Under the pieces are notes generated by a model, which ran no database searches, was not told the DNA's origin, and saw only the letters and a list, made by a program, of their open reading frames with translations. A stretch of 64,000 nt of DNA from Gekko japonicus (Eukaryota): the NCBI RefSeq assembly GCF_001447785.1, contig NW_015170923.1:69583-133582 (forward strand). Direction: 5' to 3'. Position numbers and translations under genes: made by a program. Shown here in pieces: positions 47,587 through 60,165 of the stretch (positions are counted from its first letter, which is position 1; each line of letters starts with the position of its first letter).

Positions 47587-49246
47587 CTCTCTGCAGGAGA
47601 GGGTATTTTCTCCCTCTGGCACCCTCTTTGCAGAAGGGTGTGTGTTTGCAAGGCTCCTTGTTTGGAATCCCCCAGGAAGCTCAGAAGCAGAGCCCTGAAT
47701 TATTCCTGGAGCTTGGCTCGCTTGCTTGACATTCCAGCCTGTGGGCATCCTTTTTGCGCTGTTCTTTGTGTGGGAGAGGGAATGTGGTCACGTGGCGCAT
47801 GAGGAAGGACCTGTTTTGGAAATTTGGATCTCTGACACTTTGAGAACAGCTGAGTGGCCGCTGCCCGGCTTCCCCCTGGGCGGTGGGCTTGGGACCCAGG
47901 AAGCACAGTTTTCCTTCCGGATGAAGACCCCAGGCCCTTCTCCCCCCTGCCTGCAATACGAGACGTGAGACTCTGTGGTTGGACTCAGGAGGCAAGCGGA
48001 GAAGTGGGGGTGGAATGGTTACTCTTTTCTGCCGCTCCAGGGCTCCTTCCGCACGGTCCTTTTGGTCACTCTTTTGTGTGTGTCCCCCCCAACACATGTG
48101 TCTTGCTCCCTCTGGGACTACTAGGGTGAGCAAAACACGTTGCGGGGGGGGAAGCCCCCCCTGAAGCCTTAGGGAGAAACGAGGGACAAACAGGACAGTG
48201 GGGCAGGGGCCCTGCAGGCCTCTTGAGAGGGGATTAGATGATGCACCGTAATCAAAGGACTGACATGCGGCCTTCCCCGTGGCTGGATTGCTTTCTAGAA
48301 TGCAGCATCCACAGAAGGGGGGAGGGCAGTGCTTTCTTTCTATTCCATAACCAGATTCCCGAGATTCTGTGCTGGAACTGGGTAAAGTGCAAGTTAACGA
48401 GATTTGCTGAACATATCCACTCCCAGAATCTCTACCCTCCGCTTCTGGTTGGCCTGCGCCTGCTGGCCAACAGCTCTGCTTGCGGAGGAGCTGCTGTGGG
48501 GGAGGCTGGCAGCCGTGTTTGCGACCCCCGCAGACAGAGGTGCTGAGCCCACAAGTGGCAGAGGCCCTGGCTCCCCCCCCCCCCCCCCAAGCCGCCAGCC
48601 GGGATGTGGCATTCCTTCCTGAGAAGCAGCAGCAGCAGCAGGGTGAGCTGGTTGCAGGAAAACTAAACGGGAGTCTTGTGCCACCTGAACAACTAACAGG
48701 CGTTTCGGGGATAAGAATCTGAACCCTTCCTGTGCGGAGATTTTAAGTAGGAGGGTTGGGGGGGGGATACACAGTGGGGGTCAAAGGGCTGTGGAGTTCA
48801 GGAAGTATCTGGTGAAACATAGTCATGTAAAATTAAAATCTGATCAAGAAAAATACAGCGGGAGTTGACAAAGTGGTTGGGTGGGGGGCGTTCTAGTTTC
48901 TGCTGAAGCAGCAACAAGGCGCTGGAAGCCCCAGGCCTTTCTTCAAGGTGGGAAGGGGGGTGGCATGAAATCTCCGAAGGAGCCCTACTGCAGCAGTTTC
49001 TTGCTTTTGAAATCCTTCACTGGAAGAATGGTGACGGGAGGCTGAGAGGACCTCAGCAGCAGTCAGAGAAGAAGAGCTTGGCTGGCCCAGAGGCTCCCTC
49101 AGTAGAGGGGCACAGGGGGGGGGAGCAGCCCAGGGGGGGTACTGCTGAGGTTCGTAGGTCATATGACTGCATGGCTTGAGTGTGGGCGGGGACAAAGGTG
49201 GCATCCAGGTGTGTCACAGGATCTGGCCCCAGGCTCTGTGTCTCGA

Positions 49247-49470
49247 GAGCCAGTCTCGTGTCGTGTTTAAGAGCGGCAGACTCTAATCTGGAGAACCGGG
49301 TTTGAATCCTCACTCCTCCTCCTGCACATGCAGCCAGCTGGGTGACCTTGGGCCAGTCACCATTCTCTCAGAGCTCTCTGAGCCCCGCCTACCTCACAGG
49401 GTGTCTGTTGTGGGGAGAGGGAGGGAGAGGAGATTGTAAGCCGCTTTGAGGCGCCTTTGGGGAGTGAAGG
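49247..49470 (+). mobile_element. tRNA-derived SINE (Squam3-like)
   Basis: Head GAGCCAGTCTCG...GACTCTAATCTGGAGAACCGGGTTTGAATCC; body matches the reverse complement of the other copies. Confidence 0.75.
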
Positions 49471-52174
49471 GATTGTCCCTACTTGTTGGGAAGCCGCTGT
49501 CCTCAGTCGGGGTCTGGGTGGTTGTAAGCAAGTCCCTCGAGGAGGCAGCTGCGAGGCCAGTGTTGGTCTCCAGGCGGGGGTGCCCCTCATGCACTGGGAA
49601 CTGGGTGATTGTCTCTGATAGGTCATGGCGGAATAAAAGGTGGGCGTCTTTCAGGTGCCCCCTCCCCAGCCGCTGAGGCCGACAGTTCTGCCTGGCGAAA
49701 GGAGGGCGGACCGGCTGACTGAGAGGGCCCAGCCAGAGCCTCCCTCGTTCCCTCCTGCCCTCGGCTCGCCTGCGGGGAGTGGGCTCTTCCAGGGAAGACG
49801 CACCATGGCAAGAGAGCCTGTGGGAGGAGCGTGGCCAGCTCGACTCCTGGTCTGGAGCCCTGCAAGAGCCTCCCGGGCCCTGCCAGGCGTTGCTTCCAGA
49901 CGGGGCTCTGAGGGCCCAGTCTTGCCAGGTGCTGGGTGGCCTCTGCCCCAGAGTGGTGGCGCCTCTCACCAGTGGTCTGCTGTCTTGAGGGTGGGGGGTG
50001 GAGTCATGGAATGGTAGAATCATAGAGTCGGAAGGGACCTCCAGGGTCATCTAGTCCAACCCCCTGCACAGTGCAGGAGATTCACCAATGCCTCCCCCCT
50101 GCCACGCACACCCCTGTGTGACCGCTGTTCCACGCCCAGAAAATGGCCAAAAACCTCCGTTCGTCCGTTACCCAGAGAAGGCTCACAGGTTCTTCTGGTG
50201 CTTGCAGACGGGGACTTGCACTGGGGAGTTCAGCTCAGCAAGGGAGCTGGAGGGGGGTCAGGTGGGGCCCCCACAGTTACAGGGCCCCCTGGACAAAAGA
50301 AGGTTCTTGGATTGCAGATTCACTTTGACCTTTAAAACGGGGGTTGGCGGGTCCTTCCTTTGGCTGCTGAGTCTCCTGTCCGGTCTCCTCAACTGTAAAG
50401 GGGCGTTTTGACATACCCGGGGCCTGGCACTCTGCCGTGCTTCCCGGGCACCCAGCGGCACTGCTTCTCTGTATTTATTGATTTGATCTCTACCCTGCCC
50501 TCCCCCGCTAGCGGGCTCCGGGCGGGTCACAAGCCAGAGGCAGACCTGGGGGGGGCTGGCTCTCTCCGGGCATTGCCTCCTGCTTCCTGGAAGAGCGCCA
50601 GCCTGGGCTTGGTGGGCGGGGATGGGGATGGGGCGTGGCTGTGGTCTGTCAGGCCTGCGTGGCACTGCCCCCCCCCCGGTGCTTTGTTTCCCAGAGTCCC
50701 CGGGTGCTGAGGGTGTGTGGGCGTGTCTGAGGCTGGGGACTCGGGGCAGGGCAGGAAGGCTGTTGGTGTTGTGCCTCCGCCACCCTCCCCCGCGACCGAG
50801 AGGTCTCCCTGCCTGAGCTGAGCCTGAGGGGGGGGTGTCTCCGGCTTGGCGGTGAGGGCAGCCCCGCCACTTGCCCTTGGGCCCACAAGCGTTCCTGTCG
50901 AGGCCGAGCCGGCAGGAAAGACTCACGACCTCGTGACCACCCTGGAGCTGTGGTCCCAGAACATTCTGGTCCCTGCGTGTTTAGTGGGACATGCGCCTGG
51001 TTTGGCTTTTGCTGGGGACCAAGGGGGCATCTGGGTAATGGGTGAATTTCCCACCCTGCCTTCCTCGTGGAGCAGCCATTGTCTGGTGAGGCTTTGGGCC
51101 CACCCACGGGTGCTGGAGAGCTCGGCGGGGGCAGGGAAGCCAGGATGAGGGGCCCTGAAGGTTTTCTGAGGCCTCTTGGCGGTTCTTGGGCTGTGAGCAC
51201 TCCTACCGCCGCCCTGGTCAACTGGTGGAAAGCAGAGATGATGGCTCTGGAGCAGCCTCTCCCCCAAAAGCAGAGGCCAGAATGCCCCGTGGTGTACAAA
51301 GGACCCCTTGGCATGATGTAACAGGTGGGCAGATGGTTAGAGCACAAGGGGAGGAAAACTGGGAGCCACTGCAGCCGAGCATGGGCGAAAGCACATCATT
51401 GTACCCACTCCATGGTGGTGATGGTGGCAAAGTGAGCTCACCGTATCACCTCCAATGTCCACGTAATGCCGTCTAGCAGACCTTTCCTGGGTTGTGAGTG
51501 GCCTCTTTTATTCCAGGCTGTGGCAGAATGGCCCTCTTCCACCCTGCCCTTCAAGGTTTTCCCCAACACCTAGAGAGGCTTTTCTTTCTCTCTCGGGTAA
51601 CTGCTGCCACCACCTGACCTTTGTAAGGAATTGCCTGCAGCCCCCCCCCCCCCGAGTTCTGAGGTCGTTTCTCCTGCTGCCCAGTACCTGGTCATCACGG
51701 GGACCGTTTACTGCCTTCTGCGCCCCTGGAGGAATAGCCACTTGCCAGCTGACTGCCTTCCCACTGGCGCTCCTTTTAAAATAGCCTTTCCTAGATGGCG
51801 GAGGTTTATGTGGTACAGAGAACTACTACCAGCATCAAAAGTTATATTTATTAAAAAGAAATGTTTACAATCATACTTTTAGCACAGCACCAGACTGAGC
51901 AAGGGATTAAAAAGAAATGGGTAAAATACAGTTCCTCTGTCCCTCTCTCTATACATGCCCTATCAGATGTCAGAAATATAGGACAGGCTCCTTAGCTTGG
52001 GAAGTTACTGATCTCTACAGACTTACCATTACCTTGCAGCTTCCTCCAGCTCTCCAGGCCAGCACATGGTTAATGGCCACCTCCTCCTGACCTCATTTAT
52101 TAGTTCTGTCTGCTCTGATGGACTCAGCACAAAAGAGCACTCCTCCTTGCTCCCCTGAGTTTTATCATGTCAGA

Positions 52175-52532
52175 TTAACCTAATCTCTTTTTTTGAGAAA
52201 GTTACTACCTTGCTGGATCAGGGGAATGCTGTGGACATAGTTTATCTTGATTTCAGTAAGGCTTTTGGTAAGGTTCCACATAATATTCTTGTTGACAAAT
52301 TGGTAAAATGTGGTTTGGATCCTATGACTGTTAGGTGGATCTGTAACTGGTTGACAGATCGCACCCAAATAGTGCTTGTTAATGGTTCCTCATCCTCTTG
52401 GAGAGGAATGACTAGTGGAGTGCCTCAGGGATCTGTCCTGGGACCTGTTTTGTTCAATATCTTTATAAATGATTTGGATGAAGGAATAGAAAGAATGCTT
52501 ATTAAATTTGCAGACGATACTAAATTGGGAGG
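52175..52532 (+). mobile_element. CR1 reverse transcriptase fragment
   Basis: [45 protein letters not shown]. Confidence 0.92.
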
Positions 52533-53074
52533 GCATGGTAATTGGATGTGCCGTCCAGCCTTTCAGTGTCTTGGAATAAGATACTTCAGCATTGTACTTT
52601 GCAGATAAAATTATCTGCATTTGCTGTAATTGAGACGCCTCAGCTGGTTCACTCCAGTCTCAGGAGACTGTCTGAGGGTGGTCTAGTCCTTGTTGTGTGT
52701 GGCTCGCCCCACGGAGCCTTGACCCAATACTATGGTCAGTGGGGGCGGGAGGTAATAAGCCCTTCTGGTGGGAGGTGCAGCGCTGACCACTCTGGCAGCT
52801 TCCCTGGGCATCGACTGTGGGGTCTCCTTCCTGTGAGGCTGGCTGAGGGGGGAGCAGGGGACATTTGGGGGCTTCTGCTCTTCCTCGGCCAGCGGATACT
52901 AGAAAGGGGGCGGGAGACTGCGACTTGGCCCAGGGCCTCTATGCTGTAGCCCCCTGCAGGGCTCTGTCTTGTGTGTGTCCCCCCCCCCCGCTGCATAGCA
53001 TCCACGTGGTTGTCTAGGGATTTGGAGTGAGGTGCCTTCAGCGTGTGCATGGCAGCCAGCTCTTTTTCTCTTTC

Positions 53075-54040
53075 GCAGCTGAGTCGGGTGAGTCTGTGGA
53101 AGACCTGAACAGGTGCGTGGAGAAGGTAAGGGCCAATAAACTGAAGCTGACCAAGACAAGACTCGGGTGCTGTTGGTCAGTGCTAAGGACAAAAGAAGGG
53201 GCCATGGCTTGGTGACAGAGTGTCCGCTTGGCATGCAGAAGCTCCTGGGCCCAACCCCTGGGGTCTCCGGTTAAAAGGGTCAGGTAGGAATTGGGAGTGA
53301 AAGGCCTCCCTCTGAGGCCCTGGAGAGTTCCTGCCCCCCGTCAGAGCGGACCATCCTGGCCTTGAGAGACCCCCCCCCCAGGGGTCCGACACCGCAGAGT
53401 CGAAGGCAGCTTCGTGTGTCCGGGTGACAGAACTGCTCAAGGTCTGAGGAGTCTGCCGGTCCTGGAGGGGACTGGTGCTCCCCCCCACACACACAAGGAG
53501 CAGGTTCCTAGCGCGGGTGTGCTGCTGGATCCTGGCCTACAGTGGGTGGCTCAGACCTTTTCTGCGGCATGGAGACATGCCAGTTATGGCCATTCCTCAA
53601 AAAGCATGAACTGGCCACAGAGATCCGTGCTCTGGTCACGTCTGGGTTAGATTACTGTAATGCACTCTGTGTGGGGCTGCCCTTGAAAACTGTCCGGAAA
53701 CTTCCATTGATCCAAAATGTGGCAGCCAAGCGATCCCCGGAGGCTGGGAACGGAGACCTCCCGCCGCTGTGCTCCTCATCCGTGTCCAGGCACCGTTCAG
53801 CGTTACCTCTGAGGGCCTTGGTGGCTTGGGGCCGGGGTCCCTGATCCCACCAGTTAGCCTCCTGCTCCCCGTGCCCCTGCCCGCAGAGGTGAGGCACGTG
53901 GCAGCCACGGACACGGGGCATTTTCGGGAGTGGCACCTTGACCGCGGCATGCCTTCCTCCTTGAGGCTCACACGGTGCCAGCCTGCCTCCCCTGCCTTCC
54001 TCCGCTGCCAGGGTGAAGCCGGGGGCGTCATGCGCCATCC
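53075..54040 (+). mobile_element. L2 LINE 3' fragment, degenerate, with a SINE inserted
   Basis: Peptides RANKLKL and ALVTSGLDYCNALCVGLPLKTVRKLPLIQNVAA match the L2 ORF2 C-terminus. Confidence 0.8.
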
Positions 54041-54268
54041 CCCGTGGGCGGTGGTCTTCCTTGGGAAGGGGTGACTGTCCTCCTGCAGGCCTTCTCTGGG
54101 CTGGCTAATCGAGTGGGAGTTGCAAGAGGCCCTGCCAGGGTGCCGGGCGGAAAGGAGCGCCCCGGGCGGGGCCGTCCCGACCGGAGGTGGGGTGGGGGTG
54201 GGGGGCTGGCTTGCCCCCTCCTGGCCGGCCCGGGCTCAGGGTCCCGCCTTCTATCTCCTCAGGCAGCC

Positions 54269-54326
54269 ATGGAGGCCTCACTGATCTTCTTCTGCTCCCT
54301 GCTGCTTCCGGCCATCTTTGCAGATG
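54269..54326 (+). CDS. FXYD6: FXYD6 coding exon 1 (signal peptide)
   Basis: Acceptor ctcAG at 54262, Kozak gccATGG, donor GTGAGT. Confidence 0.93.
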
Positions 54327-57234
54327 GTGAGTGCCAGTCCGGAAGAAGAAGACGAGGAACAAGATGACTCCCCCGCCCCCGGCCCCCTCTCCTGGGGGAG
54401 GGGCAGATGCAGAGCGGTCTGGCTGCTGCGGGGGGGGCTGCTCCCCCACCCCACCCCACCCCCTTGTCCCTCTCCTGGACGAAAGGCTTCTTCCCCTCCC
54501 CTTGGGACGCCTCCTCAAGGGCTTCTGTGGCTGGGTGCGTCCCATGGGCTTCGCCCGCCCAGACTGGCTGCTCAGGGAGGAGGCTCCCAGGGCGGAAGAG
54601 CCGGAGACGGTGGAGCCCTCTTGCTGTAAGGCCCGGGTGGCTCTCCAGCCCGAGGGGGTCCTGTGGGTGCTGCACGGGGCTTCCAGCAGCCTTTGCCAGC
54701 ACTGTAAGGCCCACGGGGAGGGGGGGGTCGGGGGTCTGTAGTCTGCCGCCGGCCGTCCACGAGTGAGTTTTTCTCTCTGGTTTCCAGTGACTGATCAGAA
54801 GGAGGACAAAGACCCCTTTAACTATGGTGAGTGCCAGCCTCCGGGCGGTGGGGGGCATTTCCCTTCGGGCCGTGGCGGCTGCCTCCTCCTCCTCCTGGGT
54901 ACGGACCCTTCTCCCTTGCCTCTCCTCAGACTACCAGACCCTGCGGATCGGCGGCCTGGTGTTTGCTGTGGTCTTCTTCACCGTTGGGATCCTCCTGATA
55001 CTGAGTGAGTGAGCCGGTCGGTCGGCCCGAGGTCAGCAGCCGCCAGGCCCCGGGTTGGGGCGAGGGGGGGTGTCACTGTCACCTGGCACAGCTGCCCCCC
55101 CTCCATTCCGTGGATCCCCACGGACACTCCTGGGGGCACTTCTTCCGCCACCTGCTGGCCAGGCAGTCCCGCCCCCCACACGCGTGTCTGCTCAGGAGAG
55201 GGGGCGAGAAGCTCTCAGTGGGGAGGGCTGCTGCTCTGAGGTCTTGGGGGGGGGTGCAGTGGCCTGCTGTGCAGAGGTGACCCCCCCTACCGCAAATTCA
55301 TGGCCTGTTCTTCCTTCCCAGGCAGACGATGTCGGTGCAGCTTCAGCCAAAAGCCGCGGTATGCATGGGGTGCTGGGGGTGGCGGTGCCCGGGGGGGGCA
55401 TTCCCTCCCCCTCCCCCTCCGCCATGAATCTGAAGCCAGGCTTCAGTGAAAAAGAAACCAGGTGACTCTGGTCACTGATCATCATATAAAATCACTTCTC
55501 TCCCCCCCCCCGACCCCCCCAAGGGTGGCTGGGTTTTAAAAATGGGAAATGTGTCGGAGGCCAGAAGGTCACTGGGAGTGGTGAAGGGTGGGGGCCTGGC
55601 TGGTGAGCCCTGGCCCCTTGTATGCCCAGAAGTCACAGGTGCCCCCTCCCCTCCCCCTGAGGCCGGGAGGACATGGACCCCCCCCCCGCGGCGGCCTAGA
55701 GTCTGCGCTGCAGCCTTTGAGCAGGAGCAGAGGGCCTGGGGGGGTGGGGGGTCCCCCTGTGGCCGTGGGAGCTTGGCCAAATGCCCCCGGGCCAGTCACT
55801 CGCCCTCAGCCTGGCCTCCCTCACAGGGTTGTTGGGAGGATAAAAGGGAGAAGGGGAGGACAGTGTCATATAAGTGGCTTTGGGTCCTGCCCAAAGGAGA
55901 GCCAGTCAGCTTCCCCCCCCCGGACACGACGGCCCCCTCTCTCCAGTGCGGAGAGCAGCACTCCCCCCCCGCCCCCAGCAGCCCGGCCGCCAATCTGTGC
56001 TCTCTCCTCAGGGCTCCGGGAGACGAGGAGGCGGCCCCAGCAGAGAACTTGATGGCCTCAAATGGTAACCACCTTTCCTTGGGGGCCCTTTCGTGGTGGG
56101 GAGAACGTTTGGCCGCTCCGTCAGTGCCCAGTGCGTCTCCAGAGTGTTGCTGCTGCTGCGACGGCTGGTGCTGTGGCTGCTGCGAGGGTCGATTCGGCAC
56201 CTTGGCAGTGGGGGGGGAGGGGGGGCTTCTGCGTGGCCAGGTGTTCCACATTCTCGCTGTGCTGGTCCCCTGCCGTGGCCATTCTCTTCCTGCCCTGGGG
56301 GTGGAGGAGTAGCTTCCGGATGGCTGTAATGCTGCAGTGAAGCTCTTTGTCAGTTACTGAGTTTTTTAAAACTTGAAAAGCCCCCTGGGTAGCCACGCCC
56401 TTTGCCCGCTTTGCATGGGCACTCTCTCGCTGCTGGCGCCTCCCATCCCACCTTGCCTCTGGGCCGGTGGGAGAAGAGCGGGGTGGCGGAGAGGTTGTCG
56501 TGTGATGTGTCAGCAGCCACCGTTCTGGGAGTCCCGTGGTCCCCCCTTTGCCCCAGGTGGCGGCTTGGCATCCCTGCCGCTTGGGGTGCTCGAGCCACGG
56601 CCAGGCGTCGGGGCAGGGAAAGGGCAGGGATCTGGGAGGGACAAGCCTTCCCGGTCACATGGCCACGCGGTGACGTTTCTCGAAACATCCCCCCCCCCCA
56701 AGCAGGTTTAGGGCAGTGGCGAGAAGGCAGAGAAAGGCCAGGAGCTGCATGGAGTGCTTGGGGAGGGTGGGGAGCCGCCTCCTGGGGACATCGGAGCCAG
56801 AGCCAACGCCCGGTGTGGGGCCTGCCTGGCCTGCGCTGTGTGCTCGGCAGGGCCCCTGTGGAGATGCAGCCCCTCCGAGGAACAGCCGGTGCTGGTTGGT
56901 GTGTCTGGGGCCAAACCGGCAGTCGGCGGCCTCGGCCTCGGCTTCCCTGCAGGGACAGGAACTTCCTCCAAACCAGATCAGTTCTCCGCTGCCCCTGTTG
57001 CATCTGGCACCCTACCTACCGACAGAGCCCCTGGGGGAAATGTGTGTCCACCGCAGCTGGGAGAGAGGGAGGGGAGAGGCGTGGGGTGCCCCAGAGTCTG
57101 CCCAGTCCCCTCCTTGGGAGAGGCCGTCGCGTGGGGCAGACATTGGGCCCCTGGTGGGTATTGCGGGGACTCTGCCCCTCATGAGTTTTTGTTTTTGTTT
57201 TCCAGCAACGGGAGCCCCCAAGGCAGAGAACTGA
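54269..57234 (+). CDS. FXYD6: FXYD6 (phosphohippolin), 96 aa: join(54269-54326,54788-54826,54930-55004,55322-55358,56012-56064,57206-57234)
   Basis: Spliced product [96 protein letters not shown] has a signal peptide, PFxYD motif, TM helix and the FXYD6-type tail. All junctions are GT-AG and in phase. Confidence 0.96.
54788..54826 (+). CDS. FXYD6: FXYD6 coding exon 2 ([12 protein letters not shown])
   Basis: ttccAG / GTGAGT boundaries; PFNY|D is the FXYD motif. Confidence 0.95.
54930..55004 (+). CDS. FXYD6: FXYD6 coding exon 3 (transmembrane)
   Basis: Encodes [26 protein letters not shown]; ctcAG / GTGAGT boundaries. Confidence 0.96.
55322..55358 (+). CDS. FXYD6: FXYD6 coding exon 4 ([12 protein letters not shown])
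   Basis: cccAG / GTATGC boundaries. Confidence 0.93.
56012..56064 (+). CDS. FXYD6: FXYD6 coding exon 5 ([17 protein letters not shown])
   Basis: ctcAG / GTAACC boundaries. Confidence 0.93.
57206..57234 (+). CDS. FXYD6: FXYD6 coding exon 6 (ATGAPKAEN*)
   Basis: Long T tract plus ccAG; TGA followed 14 nt later by donor GAG|GTGAGA, implying a 3' UTR intron. Confidence 0.93.
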
Positions 57235-57893
57235 AATCAGCTTTTGAGGTGAGACTTCCGGGCGGGGCGGGGGGGGGATGACTTGTCTGGGAGGCACAGG
57301 AGAGGCCCACAGTGCCTGGGGCCCCACGATACTTTTAAGGGCCCACTAAGCTGTTTTAATTTCTTTTAAAATCAGAAGGGAAAGAATGAACTTTTAGAGT
57401 TGAAGAAAATGTTTTACTTTTTTTCTCACATCAGAAAGAAATGAAATTTTAGGGCCCATGAAAATCTATTTCATTTTGCCTCAATAATAAAAATTGTTGA
57501 CGTATTTAAAGTTATATCACATGCACTTAGTGCCCTATGTGAGCTGCCCTGAGCCCGTTCGCGGGGAGGGCGGGGTATAAATACAATACAATAATAAATA
57601 AAATAAATAAATAACAAACATAATATTGATATTATTGTGATGGGAGGGGCCCAAGAAGGCCACGGGCCCACGGAAGTCATAATGCGGCCCTGGACTGGAG
57701 GTGTCCCGGCAGCTCCCCGTGTCCTGTCAGGCTGGCGCCCGGGGAAGACCTTGTGGGACCGGGGAGTGGCCAGGCAGGGGCCGAATGGGGCTTCCGGAGA
57801 CCTTGAAGGGGAGGGGGGTTTGGTTCCACAGTCAGTCCTGTCCCCGGCCCTCCCCGTTGGGAGTCCGTGTCTGAGCACCCGTGGGCTGGACCT

Positions 57894-58189
57894 GAAGAAA
57901 GAAGAAGGAGAAGAAGAGATTGGATTTCTACCCCGCCCTTCACTCGGAATCTCAGGGCGTTTACAGACTCCCTTCCCTCCCCCTCCCCACAACAGACACC
58001 CTGTGAGGAGGGTGTGGCTGAGAGAGCTCTTGAGAGAAACTGCTCTTTTTCAAGGACAGCTCTTGTCAGAACTATGGCTTGCCCAAGGTCATCCAGCCAG
58101 GTGCACGTGGAGGAGGAGTGGGGAATCCAACCCGGTTCTCCCAGATTAGAGTCCTCTGCGCACTCAACCACCACACCAAACTGGCTCTC
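57894..58189 (-). mobile_element. tRNA-derived SINE (Squam3-like)
   Basis: Colinear with 9466-9750. Confidence 0.8.
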
Positions 58190-59865
58190 CTACGCCAAAC
58201 TGGCTCTGCAGGCAGGTGGCAGCTCTTGAGGACAGCGGCTTGTCTTCTGACCTGCTCTCCCCTCCCCTCCCCTCCCCTCCCCTTCCCCCGACGGCTCATT
58301 CTTCCAAAACACCTAAATGGTGAAGTGGGAATCAGCCCCTTGGTCTAGAGAGGGAGAGATCAGACACACACACACCCCCGGCTGCTTTGCACTTTCCAGA
58401 GCTGGCGGTTGCCCCCTGGGAACTTCTGTGCGCAAGGCCTCCCCTGAGCCCGTCTGGAGCCCTGACCCCGCCTCTGGGCAGCCCTTTCCTTCGGGGGGGG
58501 GCCCCTGCCAGGGCTTGGCGGGCGGGGGGGATCCCTCCTAGCCAGCCACGAGGCGGCTCTGCCCTTCCATGGAGCTCTTCGAGTTTTCCACTGCCTGGGG
58601 GATTTTGCCCTTGAACTCCCCCCCAAAAAAAATGTTTTGCAGAATGGCCTTCAGTCGGTCAGGGGAGGGCACCCAGTCCAGCGAGGCCCTGCAAGGACCA
58701 GCACAGACCCTTCCTTTCTGCACAGACATTCCCAAGAGGAGAGGGGGGGAGCGGGTGCCACTGGTTCCTCCTGTGTAGGGCTGCCACGCCCACTGCCTTG
58801 GCAAATGCTGAGAGAGGGTGGAGTTTGGGGAGGATGTGACGTTGCTTCCAGATGACTCTCTAGGCATTTCCCCTAATCTCTATGGCAAAGGCATTGGGGA
58901 CGGGGGAGGGGAGCTTCCTAGAGCATCGCTGTGGAGGCCGTTTCCTGGCCTCTTCCCTCCGGCTACTCACTTTTAGGAGGGTGGAGGATTGGGGCCGGGG
59001 GCATGGATGGCCCTCTGCAGGCAGACCGATGGCAAACCCGCTCCTGTGCCGTGCATGGAGAATGCCCGCCCCCCCCCCCGGTCTGTGTGCCACCCTCCAG
59101 ACCTCCCCTTTGGCAAGGGGGGAGCCAAGGCAGCACAGGCCCCCTTTCACGCGGCTCCTCCCTCCTTCCCCTGCAGACCAAGAGACCAGATGATGGACAA
59201 GTGGATCCCCAATGCGAATGGCGTGCAGAAGCGCGGAGGCAAGGGCCGTGGGGCATCGCAAGGGACCGCAGGGAGCTCTGTGTCTTGAACATCGGTTCTG
59301 TATTTTAAATCCCCACTGGACTCCCCCTCCCACCAATACTGTCCCACCGTATAATGTGCATCTGTGGTGACTGTTGACTCCACTTTGACGTTGTGTTTGT
59401 CTGTTTCCCATTCCTTTCCTCTAGTGCTGTTGCAGTGTGGTGCCCCGTCCTGTGAGAACGAACGAACGAACGAACGAATGGGGGGGGGGGGTTTTCCCCC
59501 TAGGGGCTCTGCGCTGGGCTTTGGCGACTGCCCCAGGGTGGGGGTGGGGGGGCAGTTTTCTTTGGAAACCTTTCCATGGGATAAAATGCTGGGGCAATAA
59601 CGGAGCGCCCCTTGGGGGAGCAGAGGGTCTGGAGGAGGGGAGCGTGGCCCAGAGAACCCTGACCATGCCACGCCCACCAAAGCTCCCCCCCCCACACAAA
59701 GGCACTCCTTCCTTGCTCTGTAGGAGGGATAGAACACCTTTCCTCCCACCCCGGATCATTTTTTAGCCAGACAGGTGAAGCAGCCCTTCCCCCCTCCCTT
59801 CTTTAACCAGCACAGGGAGGGAGGGGGGGGCGGGGGAGGAGGAGAAGGCTTTGTCCAGGAGGAGG

Positions 59866-60165
59866 CATAAGAACATAAGAGGTGCCAATGTTGGATCAGG
59901 CCAGTGTTCCATCCAGTCCAACACTCTTCTGTGTCACACAGTGGCCAGAAATACCAGGTGCCATCAGGAGGTCCAGCAGTGGGGCCAGGACATTAGAAGA
60001 ACTCCCACTGTTGACCCCCCCCCCAAGCACCAAGAAGACAGAGCATCACTTGCCCCAGAGTCCCTATCTATACCTTGTGGCTAAGAGCCACTGATGGACC
60101 TCTGCTCCATATGCTTATCTAATTCCCTTTTGAAGCCCTCCATGCTTGTAGCCGCCACCACTTCC
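59866..60165 (-). mobile_element. CR1 3' end fragment
   Basis: Reverse complement of 42495-42790. Confidence 0.85.

Noticed and set aside
54324-54837. Identical ATG|GTGAGTGCCAG at two consecutive FXYD6 donors, 500 bp apart
   Set aside because: Mostly splice-site consensus; too short to infer an exon duplication.
57296-57692. Possible hAT MITE ending ATAATGCGGCCCTG
   Set aside because: Only one TIR is recognisable and there is no TSD; boundaries cannot be supported.
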